DNA of 64,000 nucleotides, from assembly GCA_025927765.1 (NCBI GenBank), contig JAICKU010000009.1, positions 2,365 through 66,364 of the forward strand, read 5' to 3'. The position numbers were made by a program, and so were the translations under genes. The notes beneath the pieces are model-generated. The model searched no databases and was not told the DNA's origin. It saw only the letters and a program-made list of their open reading frames with translations. Position 1 is the first letter of the stretch. Every line of letters begins with the position of its first letter. Positions 37,950 to 46,463 of this stretch are shown in pieces. The DNA is from Burkholderiales bacterium (GTDB lineage Bacteria > Pseudomonadota > Gammaproteobacteria > Burkholderiales > Casimicrobiaceae).

Positions 37950-38374
37950 CGGGCGGCCGTGTCCCGCTGGCTGCCGCCGGCTGGGCGAACGCCCTGCATG
38001 ACCCTCTCGGGCGTGTCCTCGAGTTCCGACAACAACTGTCACGGTTACCCGACAGCGGAAAATGGGCCGTCACGCGAAAGTACAGGCGCGCAATCGCCGT
38101 GGTGCAACCGCCCGATCCCGCGATTGCACCCGATAACCGGAGCCATGCGAGGAGCCGCCATGATCGAAGTCCTTCGTCAATACTTGTCTGCAGCGCGGTC
38201 GTCTGCCGCACGGTTACTTCACGTCCATCGACGCTGTCTTTCGACGTTCGACGCAGGCGCCGTCAGTGCGCTGATCGGCATATCGATCCCGGCCCCCGCA
38301 CGCATCGTCGCGCGCAGAGCGGTTGCGGCACCGCGAACGCGCGCCTGCCGGGAAACGGCGAACGTGCGTCGCCG

Positions 38375-39514
38375 GTGCGGGGTTACGCGCCTCTGACGCG
38401 CCCATGGGCCGGATCGATCGAGAGCCCCACAATCAATTCAGGCATTGCCTGGCGCCGCTGGCGCCATGATCGTTCGTGGCGCGTTGCGGCGGTGTTCGTC
38501 GTCGCGCTATGCCTCGTCGGCGCCGATCTCCTCACGTGGATCCAGCTCGACATCGCGACGATCTTCAGTCTTCCGCTGGTGCTCGTCGCACCGACGCGCA
38601 GTCCCCGGCTCCTGTGGCTCCTCGTGGCATTGCTCACGATCGCCACGTTCGCCGTGTATGCCTACCAGATTCCGCGCGGCGCGTTCCTGCTGCGCGAGAC
38701 TTTCTTCGTCAACCGCGTGCTCGACGTCGCGGATTTGCTGCTCATTGGCGTCCTGCTCCACATCAGGATGAATTCGGCGCAGGCGCGAGAAACGCAGGCG
38801 CGACTCATCAAGGAACAAGACGAGAAGCTGGAAGCGGCGAAGGCGTCGCGGCGCCTGGTGGAGGTGCAGGAGACCGAGCGACGAGACCTCGCCAACGAGC
38901 TTCACGACCTCGTCGGCCAGAACATGACGGCGCTGAACATCAACCTCAACATCGTGAAGATGGAATGCGCGGCATCGGCGAATGCGCAGGTGGGCGCGCG
39001 ACTCGACGATTCGCTGAAGCTGGTCGAGGAAACGATCGAGAACCTTCGCAACGTCATGACGGCGCTGCGGCCCCCCGTATTGGACGACTATGGACTGCCG
39101 GGCGTACTGCGCTGGTACGTCGAGCAGTTCAAAAGGCGCACCGGCGTTGCCACGTCGGTCATCGAAAAGGGATCGCCGCGGCGCCTGCCGCTCGCGACGG
39201 AGGAGACGCTCTTCCGCATCGCGCAGGAAGCCCTCGGGAACGTCGCCAAATATGCACGACCCGGGAAAGTCACCGTAACGCTCGACACGGAGCCCGAGGT
39301 CACCCGGCTGACGATCGTGGATGATGGCTGCGGCTTCGACCCGTTGGCGTGTGCGCGGCCGGCGAAGGGATACGGCTGGGGGCTGATGATCATGCGGGAG
39401 CGCGCTGCGGCCATCGGCGCAGAGTTGGCCGTCGAGTCGGCGCCGGGACACGGGACCCAAGTGATCGTGACCGTGGAGGGTGCATCATCATCGATTCCGG
39501 TGCGTCGATCGTGA
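38375..39514 (+). CDS. Membrane sensor histidine kinase, HisKA_3 (NarX/DesK/LiaS-type) + HATPase_c
   Basis: This is the C-terminal part of ORF 37523-39514, whose 5' portion overlaps the previous gene. The membrane region has no in-frame ATG upstream. Candidate GTG starts are 38375 (preferred) and 38492. TM segments AAVFVVALCLVGADLL and LLWLLVALLTIATFAVYAY. H-box ERRDLANELHDLVGQNMTAL, N-box FRIAQEALGNVAKYA, G-box DDGCGF...GWGLMIMRERA. Confidence 0.75.
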   Translation: MRGYAPLTRPWAGSIESPTINSGIAWRRWRHDRSWRVAAVFVVALCLVGADLLTWIQLDIATIFSLPLVLVAPTRSPRLLWLLVALLTIATFAVYAYQIPRGAFLLRETFFVNRVLDVADLLLIGVLLHIRMNSAQARETQARLIKEQDEKLEAAKASRRLVEVQETERRDLANELHDLVGQNMTALNINLNIVKMECAASANAQVGARLDDSLKLVEETIENLRNVMTALRPPVLDDYGLPGVLRWYVEQFKRRTGVATSVIEKGSPRRLPLATEETLFRIAQEALGNVAKYARPGKVTVTLDTEPEVTRLTIVDDGCGFDPLACARPAKGYGWGLMIMRERAAAIGAELAVESAPGHGTQVIVTVEGASSSIPVRRS

Positions 39515-39681
39515 ATTCCTGAGTTTCGCCGGTGGGAGGTCGCAAAGGGACGGGAAGAGCCGTTCGCCGGTGCTTGCACGCCTCGAGGCGCGAGAGGCAG
39601 CGAGTCGTTCGGTGACGTTCCTCCCAACGTTCGACGCCCACCGCGTTCGGGGTACGATCCCGGAATCCAGGGGGAGAAGCC

Positions 39682-41247
39682 ATGAACGAAGGGCTTGGGT
39701 CGGACCACCGGCCTCCGAAGCGCGCGCCGAAGGCGAACGATCCGGGCTTTCGGCGCATGCTGATTCACTGGGCGGATGGCCTCGCCCCGGCGCCCGACGC
39801 AGGGCGCGTGCCGGACGAGCTGCGCGATCTCTATGACAATGCGCCGTGCGGCTACCATTCGATCGACGCCGCGGGATTGATCGTCCGGATCAACGCCACC
39901 GAGCTCGGATGGCTCGGATACGCGCGTGATGAAGTCGTGGGCAGGATGCAGATCACCGATCTCATGGCGCCCCGATGGCGCGGTCGATTCGCCGCGCAAT
40001 TCGCCCTGCTCAAGCAGCAGGGCCGCCTGAGCGATCTCGAGTACGAGATGCAGCGAAAGGACGGAACGGCGTTTCCCGTTCTGGTCAACGTGATGGCCAT
40101 CTACGACGCCGACGGCCGCTTCGTTCACAGCCGGGCCAGCGTCGTCGACATCAGCACCCGCAAGCAAGCGGAAACCGAGCTCAGGGAAAGCGAGCTGCGC
40201 AGCACGGCCATCGTGCGTGCCGCACTGGACTGCATCGTGTCGATCGACAGTCACGGCACGATCACCGAGTTCAATCCCGCGGCCGAGAAGACATTCGGCT
40301 ACTCGCGCGAGCAGGTCATCGGGCGGGACATTGCCGATACGATCATTCCACCCGCGCTGCGCGGTGACCACCGTCGCGGACTGAAGCGTTACCTGGCCAC
40401 GGGCGAGGGAGGTTTTCTGGGCAGGCGCGTGGAGGTGACTGCGATGAGAAGCGACGGGACCGAGTTCCCGGTGGAGCTCGCCATCACCCCCGTCCCGTTG
40501 CGCGATCAAACCGTTTTCACCGCGTACATGCGTGACATCACCCGCGAGAAATGGGCAGAACAGGAGTTGCGCCGATTCGCGGATGAAATGCAGGCGGTGT
40601 CGCGGCGGCTGGTCGAGCTGCAGGAGGCGGAGCGCCGGGCGCTTGCAAATGAGCTGCACGATCTCGTCGGGCAGAAGCTGACGGCGCTCAGCATCAACCT
40701 GAATATCGTGCAACTCGAATCGGCGGGCTCGATGGCATCGCAGAGCGGCGCTCGACTGCAGGATTCGCTGAAACTCGTCTCGGAGACGATCGACAGCATT
40801 CGCGACGTGATGGTCGCGCTGAGACCCGCGGTGCTGGACGACTACGGCGTGATGTCGGGGCTGCGGTGGTACGCGGCGTCGTTCGTCAAGCGCACCGGGG
40901 TTGTGGTCACGGTGATCGAACAAGGAGAAACGCGTCGACTCCCGACGAACGTCGAGGAGGCGCTCTTCCGCATTGCGCAGGAGGCGCTGACGAACGTGGC
41001 GAGGTATGCGCGAGTAAAGAAGGCGACGGTGACGCTGCGAACGATGCCGCATTCGATTCGCCTCATCATCGCGGACGACGGCTGTGGATTCGATCCGTCG
41101 GCTGCGCGTCGACCCGGGAGGGACCATGGCTGGGGGCTCATGATCATGAAGGAGCGGGCCGCAGCTCTGGACGCGGAGTTGACGGTCGAATCGGCACCCG
41201 GTCACGGGACCCGGATCACCGTGACCTTGCACGAAGACGCAACCTGA
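39682..41247 (+). CDS. Cytoplasmic PAS-PAS sensor histidine kinase, HisKA_3 + HATPase_c (paralogue of 38375-39514)
   Basis: 521 aa with RBS GGGGGAGA. Two PAS-like blocks (LYDNAPCGYHSIDAAGLIVRINATELGWLGY...; AALDCIVSIDSHGTITEFNPAAEKTFGYSREQVIG...). H-box ERRALANELHDLVGQKLTAL. The kinase core is roughly two-thirds identical by eye to the upstream kinase. Confidence 0.88.
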   Translation: MNEGLGSDHRPPKRAPKANDPGFRRMLIHWADGLAPAPDAGRVPDELRDLYDNAPCGYHSIDAAGLIVRINATELGWLGYARDEVVGRMQITDLMAPRWRGRFAAQFALLKQQGRLSDLEYEMQRKDGTAFPVLVNVMAIYDADGRFVHSRASVVDISTRKQAETELRESELRSTAIVRAALDCIVSIDSHGTITEFNPAAEKTFGYSREQVIGRDIADTIIPPALRGDHRRGLKRYLATGEGGFLGRRVEVTAMRSDGTEFPVELAITPVPLRDQTVFTAYMRDITREKWAEQELRRFADEMQAVSRRLVELQEAERRALANELHDLVGQKLTALSINLNIVQLESAGSMASQSGARLQDSLKLVSETIDSIRDVMVALRPAVLDDYGVMSGLRWYAASFVKRTGVVVTVIEQGETRRLPTNVEEALFRIAQEALTNVARYARVKKATVTLRTMPHSIRLIIADDGCGFDPSAARRPGRDHGWGLMIMKERAAALDAELTVESAPGHGTRITVTLHEDAT

Positions 41248-41248
41248 T

Positions 41249-41461
41249 TCAACGAAGCGCCACCTGCGCGATGTCGACCACGACGGCATCGAGCACCCGG
41301 TTGACGAACAGCGCTTCGCGCAGCGCGAACGAGCCAGCCGGAATCTGCAAGGCGTGGTGAATGTCGCGATCGCCAGCGCGGCGGTCATGCTCCACCGTGA
41401 GCTCGTTCGACACGCTCTCCACGAGCGGAACGCCAGCGTCGTGCGACGCGTCGAGAGTTTC
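41249..41461 (-). pseudogene. Fragment homologous to the juxtamembrane segment of the 38375-39514 kinase (inverted partial copy)
   Basis: Minus-strand frame with high GC3 reads ...DIHHALQIPAGSFALREALFVNRVLDAVVVDIAQVALR then a stop. Compare kinase-1 YAYQIPRGAFLLRETFFVNRVLDVADLLLIG, also about 70% identical at the DNA level over ~75 nt. The frame is open for only 70 codons, with a possible GTG start at 41422. Confidence 0.35.
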
Positions 41462-41597
41462 TTACAGGAAGTGTCCGAGTTTCCAGATATCGTGGAACGC
41501 GATTCGGTTCTAAAGTCGCTCATGGATGGAGCGCGGCGGACGCGGCGCGAAACCGACCTCGGTGCGCGCATCTGTCTTTGCGATAGGGAGGACGTTC

Positions 41598-41969
41598 GTG
41601 TCACTCGATCATTCGATCACCATTTCCGAAGACGACTTCATGCGTCTGCACATGCTGAGGGGACACGCACAATTGGCGGCGGAGCTCGAGAAGGCAATGG
41701 TCGTCAGGCCGGACTGCATTCCTTCCGACGTCGTCACGATGAATTCGAGAGTTCGGTTCGAGGATAAGAGCTCCGGAGAAATTCGCGACGTGACCATCGT
41801 GTTCCCGAGCGACGCCAACGGATCCGCGGGCAAGGTCTCGGTGTTGTCGACGGTCGGCATGGCATTGCTGGGGGTCGCGGTAGGTCGCTCGATTTTCTGG
41901 CCGTTTCCCGACGGGACCACGCGCGAGCTGCTCGTTCTAAAGCTCATCTACCAGTCGGCGGCCGAATAG
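41598..41969 (+). CDS. rnk: Regulator of nucleoside diphosphate kinase (Rnk), GreA/GreB C-terminal-domain family
   Basis: GTG 41598 with GGGAGGA upstream. Collinear with E. coli Rnk: ITISEDDFMRL..., IPSDVVTMNSRVRFEDKSSGEIRDVTIVFP, VSVLSTVGMALLGVAVGRSIFWPFPDG, LVLKLIYQ. Confidence 0.8.
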   Translation: MSLDHSITISEDDFMRLHMLRGHAQLAAELEKAMVVRPDCIPSDVVTMNSRVRFEDKSSGEIRDVTIVFPSDANGSAGKVSVLSTVGMALLGVAVGRSIFWPFPDGTTRELLVLKLIYQSAAE

Positions 41970-42037
41970 ATCGCGGTCGATCGTGCTGGACGCGCGAGGC
42001 CCGCCACTTCACCTCTTATCAAGCGAAAGGAACGTTC

Positions 42038-42469
42038 ATGAAACGGATTCACCAGCTTCTCGTGGCCGGATTTGCGGCGCTGTGCCTGGCCCTCGTCACG
42101 GGCGCGGCCGTCGCGGCGGATATCCATACCAAGGCGCCTGCGAATTTCAAGAAAGTGAGCACGCTCGTCAAACTGCCCGACTATCTGCCGGGTCTCGGCG
42201 TGCTGTACGTGGATCCCTCGACGCTTCCCGTCGGACCTTTTCTCGGTTACGACAAGAAGGGACACCTGGTGAACGTCACGTACATGGTGCCGTTGAAGGA
42301 TCTCGAGAGTCACAAGAACTTCGAAACGCTGGGTAACAAACTCGGTGACCTGAAGATCAATCACACCGATTTCATCTACAACCCGGGCCATCCCGGCGTG
42401 GAAGAGCCGCACTACCACGTCATCGAATGGCTGGTGACCAAGCAGCGTCAGGATGCCGATCTCAAGTAG
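42038..42469 (+). CDS. Hypothetical secreted protein
   Basis: 143 aa. Signal peptide MKRIHQLLVAGFAALCLALVTGAAVAA. No family recognised. Confidence 0.6.
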   Translation: MKRIHQLLVAGFAALCLALVTGAAVAADIHTKAPANFKKVSTLVKLPDYLPGLGVLYVDPSTLPVGPFLGYDKKGHLVNVTYMVPLKDLESHKNFETLGNKLGDLKINHTDFIYNPGHPGVEEPHYHVIEWLVTKQRQDADLK

Positions 42470-43010
42470 AGCGCTTTTCGCGGCCTCCGCGTTGCTGGCG
42501 GGCGTGCTGATCGCGACGCCCGCGCCGGCGACGACGTTCGAAGTCCGGGCGGTGATGTCGAAAGACGGCTCGGAGGTCTATTTCAATCCGGTTGGCCTGC
42601 GCATCGAGCCGGGAGACACGGTGCGCTGGATTCAGGTCAACGGCTACCATTCGGTGACCGCATATCACCCTGCCAACGGTGATCACGAGCTGCGCATTCC
42701 GGAACGTGCAAAACCCTGGGATTCGGGCATGCTGCTCGCCGAGTACCCGGCGAAGGGGTCGACGTTCGAGCACAGGTTCACCGTTCCCGGCGTCTACGAC
42801 TACCTGTGCATACCGCACGAAGCCGCGGGCATGGTGGGCCGCATCATCGTCGGAGAACCGGCTGCGGGCCCGGGAACACGCCCGTTCGGCTATGCGCCCG
42901 ATCGGCATTGGAAGGCCGTGCCGGCGCCCGCGCAGCAGGCCTTTCCGCCGATCGCGCTCATCATGAAGCAAGGGTCGGTGAGCACGCACGCCGCAACCGC
43001 CGGGAAGTAG
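42453..43010 (+). CDS. Type-1 blue copper protein (cupredoxin, plastocyanin/pseudoazurin-like)
   Basis: 185 aa with a signal-like N-terminus. Copper-ligand pattern ...NGYHSV... and YDYLCIPHEAAGMVG (C-x2-H-x4-M). Confidence 0.8.
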   Translation: MPISSRALFAASALLAGVLIATPAPATTFEVRAVMSKDGSEVYFNPVGLRIEPGDTVRWIQVNGYHSVTAYHPANGDHELRIPERAKPWDSGMLLAEYPAKGSTFEHRFTVPGVYDYLCIPHEAAGMVGRIIVGEPAAGPGTRPFGYAPDRHWKAVPAPAQQAFPPIALIMKQGSVSTHAATAGK

Positions 43011-43114
43011 CTGCGGCGCGCGTCCTATCGACGATGTTCAGCCTAGATGGCGGTGAATCCTGGCCGCGCGCGCAGTGTCTATGCTCGATGCTTCTATTCC
43101 CGAAGGAGGCGGCA

Positions 43115-43393
43115 ATGAGGTCAGATAGCGAACTGCAACAGGACGCTCGCCTGGAGCTTGTACGGGAACCCGGCGTCGATGCGGAAACGATCGAAGTGCG
43201 AGTTCAAGATGGCGTCGTCACGCTGACCGGCAACGTTCGATCCGAAGCCGAGTCATGGAGTGCAGCCGATGCCGTCCGCCGCGTTCCCGGCGTCCAAAAC
43301 GTGGTCAACGAAACGATGATCACTCGGGAAACGTCGGTCCTTCCTGCGGACACCGATGCCGATGTCGCACGCCCGTGGTTCCCCTCGAACTGA
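43115..43393 (+). CDS. BON domain protein (OsmY-like)
   Basis: Internal ATG 43115 with GAAGGAGG upstream. ELVREPGVDAETIEVRVQDGVVTLTGNVRSEAESWSAADAVRRVPGVQNVVNE is the BON pattern. Confidence 0.8.
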   Translation: MRSDSELQQDARLELVREPGVDAETIEVRVQDGVVTLTGNVRSEAESWSAADAVRRVPGVQNVVNETMITRETSVLPADTDADVARPWFPSN

Positions 43394-43553
43394 GGCGCGA
43401 AAGCAGATGACCAGCCGCACGCACGCGGTGGCGAGGCGATCTGGCTTCGGATGCGCGCGAGCATTTCGCCGCTTGCGGGTGCCGGAACCGCTCGTCGCCG
43501 GAGCGAATCTATGGATTGCCCGATGAGGCCCGAAACAAGAAGAAGGACCGCCG

Positions 43554-45560
43554 ATGTCACGTCCCCCCGCCGGTGAACCGCTTTCGGATGCCTGGCCGGA
43601 CGTCGCCAGCGCGGCGCTCCGCATTGCCTTTGGAATCATCTGGGCGGTAGGCGCCGCATTCACCTGGACATCGCAATTCGCGGCGAACTACGTCGGGTAT
43701 CTCCACAACGCTGCGCAGGGGCAACCATCGTGGTCGGGGTGGTGGTTCGACATGTGGATCGGCGCAGTCACGCCGCACGCCATGCTGTTCGTGTGGCTCA
43801 CGCGCATCGCCGAAACCCTGCTCGCGCTCGCATTGCTGCTGGGGTTCGCGCGCAAGACCACGTACGTGCTGGGTGCGCTGTTCAGTCTGCTGATCTGGGC
43901 CACGGCCGAAGGCTTCGGCGGTCCGTACACGGTCGGCGCGACGAACATGGGGACGGCGCTGAGCTATGTCCTGATCTTCTTGTTGCTGATCGGGATCAAC
44001 TACCGCGGTGGCACCAGTCCCTACAGCGTCGACTACCTGATCGAGCGGCGCTGGCCAGGCTGGCGTCGGTTCGCCGAATGGAGCCGTGGCGTGCCGCTGC
44101 ACGGACCGCCCGTGTCGTCCGTGGCGGCACAAATCACGGCGATCGTCGGCATCGCGCTGCTGGTGTTCTTCCTGATCGGCGGCTTGCAGAGCACGCTGCA
44201 CGTCGCGGCGCCCACGCCCACCGCGGCGGCCGCCGCGGTATCGCCGTTGTCGCTCGCTTCGAAGGAGCCCATCGGCAAGGCCCGCGACGCACGGCTGCCG
44301 CCGGCGACCTCCGGACCGAGCGTCGACGTGACGATCGAATCGACCGACAAGACGGTGTCGATCGCGAACGGGGTCGAGTACCAGGCATGGACGTTCGGCG
44401 ACGAGGTGCCGGGGCCGGTGATCCACGTGCGCCAGGGCCAGACCATCAACGTGACGTACATCAATCGCGGCACGATGGAGCACTCGCTCGATTTCCACGC
44501 CGCGATCACGCCGCCCAACCTGCACTATGCGGAATTGAAGCCCGGGGAAAAGCTTACCTATTCGTTCGTGGCGAACGTACCGGGTGCGTTCGTCTATCAC
44601 TGCGGCACGCCGCCGGTGCTGCTGCATATGGGCAACGGCATGTATGGCGCAATCATCGTCGATCCCGCCACACCTTTGCCGCCGGCGGCCCGGAGCTACG
44701 TGATCGTGCAGAGCGAGTGGTACACGCAACAGATCTCGGGGCATCTGATGGGACCCAACTACGAAAAGATGCTGGCCGGGCGCCCCGACGAAGTCGTGTT
44801 CAACGGCGTCGCGTTCCAGTATCGGGATCGCCCGCTGACTGTCGGCGCCGGCGAGCGCGTGCGAATCTACTTCGTGAATGCCGGCCCGAGCCTGTGGTCG
44901 TCGTTCCATGTCATCGGCGCGATCTTCAACGACGTGTACCCGGATGGTGATCCCGCGCACGCGCTGACGGGCGTTTCCACCTACACCGTCGGACCCGGCG
45001 CGGGCGCGGTCTTCGACCTTGTCATTCCCGAGGCAGGCAAATACGCATTCGTGGACCACGCTTTCGCGCACCTCATGATCGGTGCGCAGGGCATTCTCGA
45101 CGTGCAGGCATCCGGCGGAGTGCAGGCGCCCACCACGCCGCCGATCGAGCGGGCAGCGCCGGCGCCGGCGGCTTCGACGGCCGCGGCCAGCGCGACGCCA
45201 GCGCCCGCGCCCGCGGGGCCATACAAGTTCGATGCCGCACGTGGTGCCTCGCTGTACACCGCCAACTGCGTGGCCTGCCACCAGGCCACCGGCGCGGGAC
45301 TGGCCGGAGCCTTCCCTCCGCTCAAGGGCAGCGCCACCGTGCTCGCCGCCGATCCCACCGCGCAGCTCGACACGATCCTGCACGGCGCGCAAGGCGTGCC
45401 GATCGGGGGAGTCACCTACCCGGGCGCGATGCCGCCGTTCGCGGCCTCACTGAGCGACACCGACATTGCCGACATCGCCAACCACGAACGAAGTTCGTGG
45501 GGCAACCAGGCCAGGCCGGTCACCGCGGAACAGGTGAAGGCAGCGCGTGCGAAACGTTGA
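43554..45560 (+). CDS. Three-module protein: N-terminal polytopic membrane domain + NirK-like two-cupredoxin copper nitrite reductase core + C-terminal cytochrome c
   Basis: 668 aa. About 5 TM helices in the first ~215 aa. NirK-type ligand motifs: MEHSLDFHAAITPP (H-x4-H) and FVYHCGTPPVLLHMGNGMYGAIIV (H-C...H...M). C-terminal CVACHQATGAG (CxxCH) with a downstream ...GAMPPF... Met. Confidence 0.75.
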   Translation: MSRPPAGEPLSDAWPDVASAALRIAFGIIWAVGAAFTWTSQFAANYVGYLHNAAQGQPSWSGWWFDMWIGAVTPHAMLFVWLTRIAETLLALALLLGFARKTTYVLGALFSLLIWATAEGFGGPYTVGATNMGTALSYVLIFLLLIGINYRGGTSPYSVDYLIERRWPGWRRFAEWSRGVPLHGPPVSSVAAQITAIVGIALLVFFLIGGLQSTLHVAAPTPTAAAAAVSPLSLASKEPIGKARDARLPPATSGPSVDVTIESTDKTVSIANGVEYQAWTFGDEVPGPVIHVRQGQTINVTYINRGTMEHSLDFHAAITPPNLHYAELKPGEKLTYSFVANVPGAFVYHCGTPPVLLHMGNGMYGAIIVDPATPLPPAARSYVIVQSEWYTQQISGHLMGPNYEKMLAGRPDEVVFNGVAFQYRDRPLTVGAGERVRIYFVNAGPSLWSSFHVIGAIFNDVYPDGDPAHALTGVSTYTVGPGAGAVFDLVIPEAGKYAFVDHAFAHLMIGAQGILDVQASGGVQAPTTPPIERAAPAPAASTAAASATPAPAPAGPYKFDAARGASLYTANCVACHQATGAGLAGAFPPLKGSATVLAADPTAQLDTILHGAQGVPIGGVTYPGAMPPFAASLSDTDIADIANHERSSWGNQARPVTAEQVKAARAKR

Positions 45561-45597
45561 GGCAAGTAGCGTCACGTAAGCGCCGGACGACGCGCGA

Positions 45598-45624
45598 CAC
45601 GACGGCACGGCGCGTGCCCGTCGT
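45598..45624. terminator. Hairpin between convergent NirK-like and response-regulator genes
   Basis: CACGACGGCACG (45598-45609), loop GCG, CGTGCCCGTCGT (45613-45624). The stem is 11-12 bp with one bulged C and lies 2 nt from the regulator stop. Confidence 0.45.
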
Positions 45625-45626
45625 CA

Positions 45627-46268
45627 TCAGTCGAGTTGCGTCACGCCATGCTGGATCGCGAACTTGACGAGGCTCGGCAGGTCGTCGATGTCGAGCTTCT
45701 GCATCATCCGGCTGCGATAGGTGTCCACCGTCTTCGGCGACAGGAACAGGGTGGCCGCGGCCTCGGCGCTCGATTTGCCCTCGGCGACGAGTTGCAGGAT
45801 CTGCCGTTCGCGCGGGCTAAGACTGTCGAGCGGGCTCGCGCGGCGGCGCTCCGAAATGTAGTCGTCGACGACCGTGGATGCGATCTTCTGGCCAAGATAG
45901 CGCCGGCCCGCATTCACGACCCGCACGGCGTCCACCACTTCGGCACCGGCGGAATCCTTGAGCAGGTAGCCCCGCGCGCCCGCCTGCAATGCGCGAAAGA
46001 TGTGCTCGGTCGTCGAATGCATCGAAAGGACCAGCACCTGCGTCGACGGCGATGCATCGTGAATCTGCTGCGTCGCCTCGATGCCGTTCAGTTCCGGCAT
46101 CGCGATGTCCATCACCACGACGTCGGGATGCAAGTCGTGCACGAGCCGTACCGCCTGGCGCCCATTGGCGGCCGCACCCACGACCTCGAGATCGGACTGC
46201 GCCTCGAGCAGCACGCGCAAACCGTCACGCACCACGGCGTGATCGTCCGCGAGAATCACCCTGATCAT
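45627..46268 (-). CDS. NarL/FixJ-family response regulator (REC + LuxR-type HTH)
   Basis: 213 aa with MIRVILADDHAVVRDGLRVLL...VVVMDIAMPELNG and LSPRERQILQLVAEGKSSAEAAATLFLSPKTVDTYRSRMMQKL. Confidence 0.92.
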   Translation of the reverse strand: MIRVILADDHAVVRDGLRVLLEAQSDLEVVGAAANGRQAVRLVHDLHPDVVVMDIAMPELNGIEATQQIHDASPSTQVLVLSMHSTTEHIFRALQAGARGYLLKDSAGAEVVDAVRVVNAGRRYLGQKIASTVVDDYISERRRASPLDSLSPRERQILQLVAEGKSSAEAAATLFLSPKTVDTYRSRMMQKLDIDDLPSLVKFAIQHGVTQLD

Positions 46269-46463
46269 TCATGCCTCTCCGGAACCAACCTTGTTCGTCG
46301 ACGCCAACGAAGCTACTCCACTTGCGCACGATTGCCTGCCGGGAACGTTCGACTTCGCGAATGGAGAAATCCGCACGACACGTCTCCGAGTCTCCCTATA
46401 CCCGTGACGTCGCCGCCGCCCGATACTGGCCTCCGATTCTCCCGATGATGACAGGAGACTGGG

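Noticed and set aside
37523-38374. The upstream part of the 663-aa ORF leading into kinase 1, and ORF 37959-38396.
   Set aside because: The 5' part overlaps the NTPase-cyclase gene out of frame. The 37950-38374 stretch gives only Arg/Ala/Pro-rich translations in all frames. I treat it as non-coding spacer, although a small gene or sRNA cannot be excluded.
39088-41604. 838-aa ORF on the minus strand spanning both histidine kinase genes.
   Set aside because: It is antisense to two genes with unambiguous kinase motifs. The product is Arg/Ser/Ala-rich with no recognisable motif, a typical high-GC antisense artefact. The same reasoning applies to 11673-13385(-), 13078-14505(-), 43557-45392(-), 53056-54957(-), 58042-59337(-), 60280-61635(-), 33107-34807(-), 8130-9146(-) and similar ORFs.
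41970-43553. Looked for FNR/NnrR-type boxes (TTGAT-N4-ATCAA) upstream of the secreted-protein/cupredoxin and NirK-like genes.
   Set aside because: Only an isolated ATCAA half-site occurs near 42015, with no full palindrome.
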